Of a stretch of DNA of 63,794 bases, positions 25,070-37,329 are shown one piece after another (position 1 is the stretch's first letter; every line of letters starts with the position of its first letter). A program made the position numbers and the translations under genes. A model generated the notes under the pieces. That model was not told the DNA's origin, made no database searches, and was given only the letters and a program-made list of their open reading frames with translations. This stretch comes from Hypanus sabinus (lineage: Eukaryota): the NCBI RefSeq assembly GCF_030144855.1, contig NC_082707.1:28892001-28955794 (forward strand), given 5' to 3'.

Positions 25070-26130
25070 ACACCTCCCCCCCTCACCCCGCCACGAATCT
25101 CACAACCACAACTCTGCGTTCATGTTTTCTTTTCCCCGCTCTGATTACATCCGATCTGCTCGCGTTGCCCAGGGCTCTGTACCATTCGGGGCCAGTCTTC
25201 TGTCACAACTTTCACCTCAGCCCTGTTGGTCAGCCTGCCCCGTTGCGTTCCTCCGACCTGCCCTCTGCCCTCCCGATGCCCTGGGCCGCCGCGCGCTGCC
25301 TTTGTATCCATTCAGGCCGCGCTGTAACTATTCGTTCACATACAGAAGGCCAAGGTCCAATCAGCTGCGAGCTCTCAGGACCGAGCGTCCAAGTGGTTGG
25401 GGCGCTGCTGCGACGCATGCGGAGGCTGCCCAATGAGGAGTGGATGCGTGCGGCGGCCGTCCAATGAGAAGCGGGTGCGTGCGGCGGCCGGGAGGCGGGA
25501 GCGCGAGGGCTGCCTGGCTGGATGTTGTTACACTGAAGCTCCCTCATTTTGTGTTTGTATTATTTTCTGTTTTATTTGAAGCGTCTAATTGGCGGCTGAT
25601 CCTCTTAATAATATCTACGTTGAAGTAGCGCATGAAATTTCTGGACTTTTTTTTTGGAAAGGATTCATTAAAAAAAGAAAATCGTCTTTATTTCTCAATA
25701 TACAAATATTAGAAATGAGTGTTTATAAGAACAAAAGTTTGTTTCTGTTTTGACATCGTAGTTCGACGTTTCCTTTTCGTTTTTCCTTGTTAATCCGGAA
25801 ATCCAATTGATCGAGGGGCTAGTGTAGAGGTTCTCTGTTTTTGTTTGAAACCTCTCCGTCTTTGGCAGGAGCTGGTGACAGATTGTGCCAGCTGATTGCT
25901 GCCAACTTCCCGGCGACTTCTTGGAGCAAATAAGAGTGATGGTGAGTGACGGATGCAGTTTATCTGCCCGAGAAGCAGGGTGGGGAGGATCCGCGGACAC
26001 GAGGATAAGTGATCTCTGGGACAAAAATATGAGCACGTAGACTTTGTAAGGCCATGCATTTAAAGGAACTCAGAAAATTAATGTTTTTATTTTTATTGCT
26101 AAGCTCCTCCCCCGACAGCGGTGGAAAGCA
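25070..26130 (+). promoter_or_regulatory. CpG-island promoter/first-exon region, probably of TFDP2 (synteny inference)
   Basis: Sharp rise in GC and CpG; CCAAT at 25357, 25430 and 25461; E2F-like GGCGGGA 25494-25500; NRF1-like GACGCATGCG near 25412. Gene identity rests only on the human order XRN1-GK5-TFDP2. Confidence 0.75.
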
Positions 26131-27108
26131 GAGTTCTGGATATCGTTTATTCTTGTCAGTAAATGCATTTAATATGTCAGTCATTAATCTTCGTCCTCGG
26201 GTTTTAAAAACAAGTGCAGAAATTTTCGTGTATTTTTTTTCTGGTTAGGTATAGTAAATTTGTTAATCGGATTATTATAGAATACGTACATAGTTGGTCC
26301 AATTTTGTCCGTTTCCTTTTTGAATTTAAAGGCATGTTTTAAATCTAGCTTGAAATTTTATAGGTCCTGAAAGGGAGTAAAATAACAATTTAATGAATGC
26401 ATTTGTTTTAGCTGTCGATGTTGAAACTTGCTCCTTTTGCTGGTTTGAAAATAAAAGTGCTTTAATTTAAATTAAATTCTTATAAGAATGTGCATTTCAA
26501 CATTTTTGTTAGGTGGTCAAAGTTAATCAGAGAAGTTCACTTGTTATCCCATTTTGCTCTTCCTGGGAGTCTTATTTCTTGGCAAGGCCGTAAGCATCTT
26601 CGAGTGGAGAATGGCCAGTACATGCAGCATTTGCTGTGTAATTAGTTGCTTGCTCCAAACTACAGCCACTGCTATGCGATAAAAATAAGTTGCTTCTTCT
26701 GTCAGAACGTTCTTGATCCGTCGATTCCCTTTTCCAAAACAAAACATGCAGAGTGAAATATCAGAGGGCGGAGAGAAGAGGGGATCAGAAAGTTCAATAT
26801 ATATTACTTCCTGACAAAGTTTCAGTATAACATGTTCCTTTTCGTGTTCAGATAGATTACTACATTACTGAAAACAGAAGTACTATTTGTGTGCTGCCAG
26901 CTGTTTGAGTGCTCTAGACATTTGGAGGGGATTGGGGAAGGTTAGGGGTCGATATGCGATGATTATGTTTAATCCTAATACATGTCAAAGTATTCTCTGG
27001 TAATACTGACAATGATTATTTAAAGTTACGGTCATGAAAGTGTGAATAATAAGACTGAAATTGGACTCTCAACTCGGAGGGAGGGAGGTTTGGGAGTGTG
27101 CGAATGCA

Positions 27109-27118
27109 GTGACGTCAC
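27109..27118. promoter_or_regulatory. Perfect palindromic CRE (GTGACGTCAC)
   Basis: Full TGACGTCA with CpG retained, about 1.6 kb downstream of the CCAAT cluster. Confidence 0.5.
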
Positions 27119-27916
27119 CAAGAAACTGTCTACACCTGGGATGTACTCCAGAAATGAGAAATCACGACAGTGGAAGTAAAAATTTATTCAAAACTGAGAT
27201 TTATGCGGGTTGAAAAGAGTATGTATGATCTGAATCTGCATCAATCATTCCACCCTGATTCTATTTCCAAATTCTCTCTCTGGTTTTCTCTTCCAAAGGA
27301 AAGCTTCCTTGAATAGTGTGGTTCGGTTGGTGATTGTTGACCCCCTCCCATGCCTCCGTCTGGTAACTCTTTGAAAATCAGCTTCAAGTGCAGAAGGTTA
27401 TAACGTGTACAAAAAGGTTCCACCTTTTGCTGACTTCACCCAAAGGTGAGAGTAGGAATTCAAGGTAAGTTTATGCCCTCTATTTTAGGGAATCTGTGCC
27501 TATTGGTGTTCCTCTTTTGCAGGTTAAGCTACAGTATTTCAGCTGAACTTTAGAACTGTAGCTGGGACTGTAGTCTTTGGTATGACTTTAGCTACTTGGT
27601 TGTGGTACTGTGGACATTAAAATAGCAAATGTGATATTCTGAAATCAAATATATGCCTCCTTGTTTTTTTTTATATGCTTGCTGAGTTGATGACAGGATA
27701 TGGATATTGCAAAAGTTTGTACCAACTAGTTAAAATGCTGGACTTGAGTTTTATTTAATGTCTTTGTGTCAACTGGAAAGGGTACACATATCCAATGTCT
27801 GTTTGAATAGGTTCCTCTCAGTATACTCAGGAATAAAAGGTACCTGGCCTGGTACATGGATGGGAAGGGTTTTGAGGGACATGGGCAATGTGACTAGCTT
27901 AGATTGATGTGAATAC

Positions 27917-28528
27917 CAGAAAATCTGCAGATGCTTCCTCTGCCTGAAAAAGCAGAATCTCCTGGTGTCCATCCATTTCCATTTTAATTCCCATTCCCAT
28001 TCCAACATGTCAGTCCATGGCCTCCTCTTCTAATGTGATGAGACCATGCTCAGGATGGAGGAGCAACACTTTATATTCCATCTGGGTAGCCTCCAATCTG
28101 ATGGCATTAACTTTGATTTCTCCAACTCCTGCTAATTGCCCACTCCCTCTCCTGAACCATTTCCCCATTCCCATTACCCTATCTTACCTTATCTCCTTAC
28201 TTGCCCATTGCCTCCCTCTGGTGCTCCTCCCCATTCCCTTTCTTCCATGGCCTTCTGTCCTCTCCTATCAGATTCCCCCTTCTCCAGTCCTTTATCTCTT
28301 TCACCAATCAACATTCCGGCTCTTTACTTCATTCCCTCCTACTCTCCCTGTTTCACCTATCACCCACCACCTTGTACTTCTTCCTCCCATCCCGCTACCT
28401 TGCTCTAACTTCTCTTCCTTTTTTCCAGTCCAGATGAAGGTTCTCAGCCCGAAACGTCAACTGTTAACTCCTTTCTGTAGACGCTGCCTGACCTGCTGAG
28501 CTCCTCCAGCATTTTGTGCGTGTTGCTT
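27917..28528 (+). mobile_element. Penelope-like element 3' fragment
   Basis: Encodes LRMEEQHFIFHLGSLQSDG (endonuclease C-terminus), followed by pLTR with a mutated hammerhead at 28427-28462. Confidence 0.8.
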
Positions 28529-29895
28529 AGATAGATGTGAATCATGGACCAGTTGGGCTGAAGTGCTCACTTCCATGATGTGTGACTCTGCAATTCTAAC
28601 AGAAGCTCAGGAAGAATCTTGTGAAGAAACTGATTCAAAGATTTGAAAGAGGAGAGTAAAACATACTTTTGACCAGATTGTTAGCGTCTCTTGGAGCAAT
28701 GAATACTACAAGGAGCAAAAACCATCCATGTTATGCCAGATACTGACTTGCCGTGCTTACTAGCAGATTGAATCAGGAGCTGGGTTTTTTAAAAAAATTG
28801 GTTCTAAGCTTGACAGGTACTCTGTCTTGCAGTTTGCTGTAATAACTAAGAGCTATTGCTCTGACAGCAGTTTGAATTTGGACCATTAGACAGTTGTCAA
28901 ATGAAGCTGCATACAAGTTGAAAGCCAACTTTTAAAATGTGTCTTTTGAGTTTTGGGTACGTTATAGATGGTAAATGTTTCTGTTCCGAATATGTATTCG
29001 CCTACTGAAAATATTCTGCACAGGTTTTAACAGAATAGTTAAGCTTACAAACTTTCATTCTTTTGTGCCTAGCTTCCATGTTGGTAGTTTCAAAGTGATT
29101 ACAATCATGGTGGAGTGACCATGGGACACTCACATCACTACAAGTGGCTCTAATTTAAAAGATTCAAGGAATGGAAGATTAAAAGAAGGTTGATAATTTT
29201 ACAATATCAAAGGGAGACTGATGGTCTGGAGGAAAGCTCTTTTGGCTGGCTCCTTGAATTAATCTAAAAATCAAAAGCAAACTTTTCAGGAATGAAGTTT
29301 GAATATTGTTCTGCATAAAGAGGTGTGTAACAATATGGAACTTGGCAAATAATGATTAATACTATGTTGGTCTTTAATTTGAAATCCGAGTGTGAGATTG
29401 TTATTAACTGAAAGATATTGAGGGGTGTAGAAAAAGGTGGCAGATGGTTTTGAAGTGCCACAGTAGACTGAATGGTAAAAGAAACTAGTGTTCTTGTATT
29501 GCAGAAAGCCAAAGAAATGTGCGTCAAGAGGTGGGATGCATCAAAAACCCTTTCAATGCTGTGTATTTCACAGCACGATTGTAAAAGGGTGAGTGCGAAT
29601 GTGAATATGTAACCAGGTGCCCCAGAAGTGTATTTAGAAAGTTGTGCATGCACCTTGGGATGAATCCGTGGAGGGTTGAGGGAATACCAAGCTTATTTTG
29701 CACAATGTGCTTTACTGACTTTGAATATAACGACTGTATTTTGCCCTTGACTAGGTGGTGCTCTGGATGTTTGATGCAAATAGTACTGTAGAAATGCAAG
29801 TCATTTTTTGCTCAAAGAACTGATGCTTAGCAGCTCTCCTGTTATGAACTGCTCCCCATCTTCCTCAATGGGTCCAGCTAACTTGTAGGAAGTTA

Positions 29896-29896
<1 letters not shown>

Positions 29897-29928
<32 letters not shown>
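29897..29928. repeat. (AC)16 microsatellite
   Basis: Read directly from the sequence. Confidence 0.95.
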
Positions 29929-29930
<2 letters not shown>

Positions 29931-30354
29931 CTGTAACGGTGGCGATATACTTCAAAAGGCTGAATGACTAAACCCAACGTATTCGGTTACCAGCTGCATG
30001 AATGTTGCAGTAACCACTAGATGCTGGTTACGGATTATGAACTGATGCAGCGCAGCAGCTGGTAATTTTTTTTTTTTTTTTGAAAATTTCATGCCTCAGA
30101 AATTGTGGTTGCAAAAACTAGATTCCAATGCAATCTTCACTGACCAACTAAAGCAGATGTTGTCTTAACCAGTTTCCAGTGAAATGAGTTTTATCTTGCA
30201 CACTGAAACCCCCTCAGTCATAGTTAATCGCTTAATTAATCAATCTTAGTTAATCACCCTGATCACTCTTAGATGTCCAACCTGAAATAGGCCTCTGGAC
30301 TCGAGGCCTTTCAGCTGAAGATGGAGCAACAGCTTGACACTGGAGAGGGAAGGA

Positions 30355-31315
30355 AGAATCAGAATCAGGTTTATTATCGCCGGCATGTGACATGAAATTT
30401 GTTAACTTAACAGCAGCAGTTCAATGCAATACATAATCCAGAAGAAAAAAATAAGTAAATCAATTAAAGTACGTATATGAAATAGATTAAAAATCATGCA
30501 AAAAGCAGAAAAAATATATATTAAAAATGTGAGGTAGTGTTCAATGTGCATTTAGGAATCGGATGGCAGAGGGGAAGAAACTATTCTTGAATCTCTGAGT
30601 GTGTGCCTTCAGGCTTCTGTACCTCCTACCTGATGTTAACAGTGAGAAAATGACATGCCCTCGGTGCTAGAGGTCCTTAATAATGGACACTACCTTTTTG
30701 AGACACCGCTCCTTGAAGATGTCCTGGATACTTTGTAGGCTAGTATCTAAGATGGAGCTGACTAAATTTACAGCCCCCTGCAGCTTCTTTCGGTCCTGTG
30801 CAGTAGACCCTCCATACCAGACAGTGATGCAACCTGTCAGAATGCTGTCCTTGGTACATTGATATAAGTTTTTGAGTGTATTTGTTGTCATACCAAATCT
30901 CTTCAAACTCCTAATGAAGTATAGCCACTGTCTTGCTTTCTTTATAACTGCATCGATATGTTGGGACCAGGTTAGGTTCTCAGAGATCTTGGCACCCAGG
31001 AACTTGCAGCTGTTCACTCTCTCCACTTCTGGTCCCTCTCTGAGGATTGCTATGTCTTGCCCTTCCTGAAGTCCACAATCATTGAGTGCAAGGTTGTTGC
31101 TGAGACACCACTCCACTAGTTGGCACATCTTGCTTCTGTGTGCCCTCTCGTCTCAATCTGAGACTCTACCAACAATAGTTGTATCATCAGCAAATTTATA
31201 GATGGTATTTGAACTATGTCTAGCCACACAGTCATGAGTATATAGAGAGTAGAACAGTGGGTTAAGCACGTACTCTTGAGGTGCGCCAGTGTTGACCATC
31301 AGCGAGGAGGAGAAC
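30355..31315 (-). mobile_element. Rex1/Babar LINE, 5'-truncated RT and 3' end
   Basis: GAPQEYVLNPLFYSLYTHDC...KFADDTT, KFLG...LTWSQHID...KKARQWLYFIRSLKRFG, GCITVWYG; (ttctga)n tail. Confidence 0.9.
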
Positions 31316-33699
31316 ATTTGTTCAGCATTTAACCATCGGATTTTAATACACAAAAAAAAGGAGGTCTGCACTTCTTTCATTCTTCTTTAGAACATTCTAC
31401 AGCTAATGATGTACGCTTGGGCCTTCTGGTAAAGGGAGCTAACATACAGAAAGCAAGCTCTCACAGGCAGTAATCAGTTAATAATTTTTATTTAAATATG
31501 GGATAAATATTTGGCTAAGGTTTCAGGGGCAATTCAGCTGCTCCTTTTTCAAATTGTGCACTGGAATCTTCTAAGACCATTTTTGAGAGGAAGTCGGGCT
31601 TCATTCTAATGACAGTCTCAGTTTAACATCTCATCTAAAAGTCAGCTCCTTTTAAAGTTGAACTCAGCATTGATTAGAATTGTTAGCCTGGAAATGTTGA
31701 TTTATGTCGATGAAAATTCTGCCAACTTGACGGGTGCTGACCACATAGCCCCTCTGGCATCGAGGATGTCTTCAGGACCTCCATCATCATATAGGACGTG
31801 CTCGCTTCTTGTTACTGTCATCAGAGCGGAAGTACGGGAGCCCGGAGACACATACTGAACACTTTTGGAACAGCTTCTTCCCCTCGCCATCAGATTTCCG
31901 AATGGACAATGAACCAATCCATGAACACTACCTCGCTATTTTTTGCTCTCTTTATAATGTATATTTCTTATTATAATTTATAGTATTTTTATGTATTGCA
32001 CTGTATTGCAAAATAACAAATTTCATGACACATCAGTGATATTAAACCTGATTCTGATTGTGCCGTGTTATTTTGGAAGAATGATGAAACCGTACCCAAG
32101 GAAAGGAAGCCGGCTTCTCTGGCTGGTGGCGATGGGTCAGTGGTTATATGGTCGCACTGGGCTGTGATTCGGTCAGGGGCTTTGAAACGGGCGGCCGGAG
32201 GGGGATGAGCATCAGAAGTGCTTTGTGGATAGGCCATTGACAGTAGCCAATCAGAAGTGGACGCTCTAGAACAGAGCCTGACTTGGGTGTTTGAGGATTT
32301 CTGCCGGGCTGAGGTGAGGATGAGCGTGCGTCAAGAAGGTCCAACCACATCCGTAGTGTTTTCAGTGGATAGGGAGGTTGGACTGGATGCGGGGACAGAT
32401 ATGTAGCTGCTCAACAAGGAGTTGGGAGTAAGGGAATGAGTGTCATGACATAACTTATGGAACTTGGAAGGGTGGTAAGGATTTAAAAGAAATGAACGTA
32501 GAGGAAAGGGAAATGATTACCTGCCCTTTGAATGCTGCTGTCATTTGGCTGAGCCCTTTTCCCTCTATTCCAAGTTACAATATGAAGGAGGACTGGGGAA
32601 CTGCGATTGCTGTACAGTATTCATTTATGGAGCAGCAACTGGCATCAGCTACTTCAGCATAGGTGTGTCAACACTATTGTCTTCATATCTTGGCTCAGAT
32701 ATGTGTTTCGCTTTCCCCAGCTCAATCTTGTAATCTTAGTTAGTCACATCTCCACCCTCACTTCGGGTCTGGACAGCCTCTTCAAAGCAGGGCCACTTGA
32801 CTAAAGGATTCTAGTCAGACATTGACAGCAGGATGTGTCCCTGGATGTCACTGTGGTGTCCTGAGTGACTGGAGAGTCTGATACATGACAAGCAAACCCT
32901 TTAATTAGTCAACAGAGTTAATAATAATGTGTTTCACCCGACCCTGGCCTCTCTCCTTTCTCACCAATGGTCAAAATCAGGTTTAATATATCTGGCGTGT
33001 TGTGATGCAGCAGCAGTGCATTGCAATACATAATCATAAAACTGTGAATTACAGTAAAAGCAGATGTATATATTTTTTTAAGTTAAGTAAGTAGCACAAA
33101 AAGAGAAGGTGGTGAGTTAGTGTTCAAGGGTTCAATGTCCATTCAGAAATCTGATGGCAGAGGGGAAGAAGCTGTTCCTGAATCATTGAGTGCTTCTGTA
33201 CCTCCTTCCTGATGGTAGCAATGAGAAAAGGGCTTGTCCTGGGTGGTGGAGAGAGCTAAGGACCCCCATCTTGAAGAAATCACAGGCCACTTTCCAGTCA
33301 CCGGAAAAAACTCATTTATTGCTCATGATAGATGCTGCCTGACCTGCTGAGTTCCGCCAGTGTTATTCTGGATCTCCAGCATCTGATTTTTAATTTATTT
33401 CTTGACATATAGTGTGGAGTAGGTGTTTCCTGCCCATCGAGCTGTGCCTCCCAGCGATCCTCCAGTTTAATGCTAGCCTTGGACTGTGGGAGGAAACCGG
33501 AGCACCTGGAGGTAACCCACATGGTAACGGGGAGAACGCACAGTCTCCTTACAGGCAGTGGTGGGAATTGAACCCGGGTCGCTGGTACTGTAAAGTGTTG
33601 TACTAACCACTATTCTACCGTGCTGCCCTACTATCCTATCACCCATATGATTTTTCTCGGCTAACTAATGGAATATCAGGGGCAGAAGTGCACATTGGG

Positions 33700-34085
33700 T
33701 CATTGTTATTTGTCATGTCATATAATGTAGGTGATCGTGGTCTTCTCTGTCTGTCTCTATGCATGACCATGATTGTGCTCGACAAATTTTTCTATGGAAG
33801 TGATTTGCCATTGCCTTGTGAGCAGTGTCTTTATAAGATGGGTGACCCCAGCCATTATCAATACCCTTCAGAGATTGTCTGCCTGGGGTCAGTGGTCATA
33901 TAACCAGGACTTGTGATCTGCAGTGGCTGCTCATACGACCACCTGCTCCCGTGGATTCATATGACTCTGATCAGGGGCAGTGGGGGCTGAACAGATGCTG
34001 CACCCTGCCCACGGATGACCTGCAAGCTAGTGGAGGGAAAGAGTGGCTTATAGCTCCTACGGTAGAGATGTAACTCCACCATGCC
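33700..34085. repeat. Unclassified interspersed repeat; second same-orientation copy at 35975-36340
   Basis: Shared gaccatgattgt...ttgccattgcc...cagagattgtctgcctgg...accaggacttgtgat. Confidence 0.75.
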
Positions 34086-37000
34086 TCATTGGGTACTCCC
34101 GAGGATAGGACCAGATTATGGAAGGAGTGCCCTAATGACCTTCTTGCCATCTCTACCAAGGGAGTTTTACAATGTTCCTTCCCTCCGCCAGTCTGCAGGT
34201 CACCCTCAGACAGGGCGCAGCTCAGTTGTTCCTGGTTTTAACTGGTTGTGGGATTCCAAGGCAAAAAGCTGCCGTGATTGCCACAGGGCTGTGAAAAGTT
34301 AAACCTTGGGAAAGGAAATTTGGATTGTAAAATCACAGAATATTTTGGGTGTTTTGCTGGCATTGTGAAATAGGATTCTTATTATGCTAGTGGAGTATTA
34401 ACTGATAAGCAGTTAATGTGCAATCAGGTGAGGAGCACCCGAGATGAACCACAAAGATGTTGGTAAAGGAAATGTTTTTAGTTGAAGCAAACCTTTCAAG
34501 CCACACGTTGCTCTGTGCCTCAAGTGCACCTGTGTTATTAGTTATGTTTAACTGTTCCTTCTGGTTTTTAAATAAGATGTTTTGACTGTGTCGATTGGAG
34601 GTAGAATTAAATAGTGGCCGCTGGAGAGAAATAGCAGGGAATGGGACTCGGTCATCATATAATAAACAGCAGGTCGGAATGCAAACTGCAGTGTGAGAAG
34701 GGAATTGAGGAAAGGGTAAAACAACTAATGCACAAAATTTGAATTCATAGTGAGAGTGCTGAAGTGCAGGTGCAATCAAATGCTTCTTGTAATATAATAG
34801 GCACCATGGTAGTGTAGCAGTTAAAGATTCAAAGTACATTTATTATCCAAGTATGTATGCAGGATGCAACCCCGAGATCAGTCTTCACGCAGACAGTCAG
34901 AAACAAAGAAACACCATGGAGTCTATTCAAAGAAAGCATCTAACACCCAACTCGCAAAATAGAAAGAATAAATCGCACAAGCAGCAAAAAATGAGCAAAT
35001 AACGCAGAATATTAAACAGCAAGCAGTAGAGTCCATGAAGCAGTCTAGGGACGTTCAGTTTCGATCGGTTCAATTTAGCACTGTATCGTTCGTTGAGTGC
35101 AACCGGCAGAGCCTATTCAATCTGTTCAAAATCACACAAAATAGCAGTTGGAAAAGGAGTGATCAGAAACACATATAACATGAACTGCAGAGTTCTCCAA
35201 AAGCAATTTGCAAACCACGAACCACGCTGATCAAACTTAACCAAGACTGTGTCTTCCTCCAGCAGCAGTGAGTAAGAGGGAGAGTGTGACCGGTCGAACA
35301 CAGGCACGTGGAGCTGAACACTCGTTCATCTTCTGCTTTTGTCTTTGCTGAATTCAACCTTGCGCAATACTTTAATTGTCGAGTTGGTCAAGAATTGAAG
35401 CCGATCATGGGTTTGTGCTCTGTCATTGGGCTGTGCACTCCGCTCCCGACCTTGCTCTTAACCATGACAAATTTCCTCAGAGACAGCAAGAGCACTGGAT
35501 CGCTTACAGCAATTGCAGAGAGTAGTAGTACAATGCTGTTGCAGCTTGGGGCGCTCTGGAGTTCAGAGTTCAATTCCAGAAACATTCTGTAAGGAGTGTC
35601 TGTACGTCCTCCCCATGGAATGTGTGGGTTTTCACTGAGTACTCCGGTTACCTCCCACAATCTAAAGGCGTATCAGGTAGGTGAATTGTCCCATGATTAG
35701 GTCAAGTTTAATCGGGTTGTGGGGTTGTTGGGGCAGCATGGCTCAAAATGTCAGAGGGGCTGTATCGCTAAATAATAAATAATGGGGAAAGCACAGCCAC
35801 TTACTGTGATTTAGATTTGCTAGGATATTTTTTGTGCAATAGTGAAGATAGTCATCTCATTCTGGAACGTAAAATGAAGGTATTTCTAATAATTTGGACA
35901 GTGTAACTGGGAAACGGGTAACCTTTTGCTTTGTAATTGGTAGAACTTATAGAGAAACATGCTGTGCAAATCATTTGTTTGTTATGTGATGTGTCGTACG
36001 ATCTAGCTGATCATGGTCTTCTCTATCCCTGACCATGATTGTTCTTGGCAAATTTTTCTACAGAAGTGGCTTGCCATTGCCTTCTTCTGGTCAGTGTCTT
36101 TACAAAGCGGGTGACACCAGCTCTTATCAATATTCTTCAGAGATTGTCTGCCTGGTGTCAGTGGTCACATTACCAGGACTTGTGATATGCACCAGCTGCT
36201 CACATGGCCCGAATTGGGGTGTGGGGGGGGGGGGGACTAAACAAGTGCTATACCTTACCCAAGGTGATCTGCAGGCTAGCAGAGGGAAGGAGCACCTTAC
36301 ACCTCCTTTGCTAAAGACATATCTCAACCCTACCACTCAGCTGTGCAATTAAAACTTCTTTAATCCACCTGTTTTGTTGGTAAGGCCAGTATTACTGCCC
36401 ATTCCTAACTGCCCTTGAGAAGATCATGGTGATCCATCTTTTTCAACCTCTGTTGTCCTTCTAATTAATGGTGTGGGTGGATAGAGATCTCCAGGATTTG
36501 GTGATTTGTTTGAATGTATGTGTTTTGGAGGGGACCTACAGGTGGTGGTGTTCCTTTGCACCTACAATGCCCTTGACTGTAGAGCTTGTAGGTTTGGGAC
36601 ATTAGAATACCCTAGGCTGTTCATTGTTTAGAGTGGTTATAAACTGCTGTTCATGTTGTAGAAACTGCACAATATAACTACTGTAAACATAAGATATTCT
36701 GTAGACCTCTGCTGGAAATCTTGAGCAACTTACTTAAAATGTTGGAGGCACCCAGCATCTATGGAGGTCAACGGTTCTTTCCCTTCCATAGATGCTGCTC
36801 GATCTGCTGAGTTCCACCGGCATTTTGTGTGTGATGTAGCCAAGAGAGGCAGATGGTGGAGAAGATGCAAATCAAGTAGACGTCTTCGTCTGGAGTGATA
36901 AGGAATTTCTTGAGAATTGTTGGGGTTGCATTCATACAGACAAGTGGAGAATATTCCATCATGCTTCTTATGGATTCTGGAGAGGCCCAGTGGTGATAGA

Positions 37001-37329
37001 CGGTAAATCACTTACTGCTGTTGTACCTGTCCAGTAATTGACTTGCTCTTTTAGCTATGATATTTATCAAGGCTGGGGAAAAAGTAGGTTCAGAGGCTAG
37101 GTATGTAGTAGCAAGTCTAAGTTTCTGGTCAACAATCATCTCAAAGATATTGACTTAGAAATATAATGCCAAGGGTAAGTGGTTAGACTCTCTTGTTAGA
37201 GATGGTCATTGTCTGGCATTTTTGTGAAAGAGTACATTCTGTGCCCTTCCTACATTCAGTGCTTCTAAGTTTTGCTCAACACGAGAGAATTATCAACTGA
37301 GGGTGGATGCGTTATTCTTAAATGCTGAA

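Noticed and set aside
24994-25547. Overlapping 105-157 aa ORFs on both strands
   Set aside because: Expected from stop-poor GC-rich CpG-island sequence; no recognisable protein.
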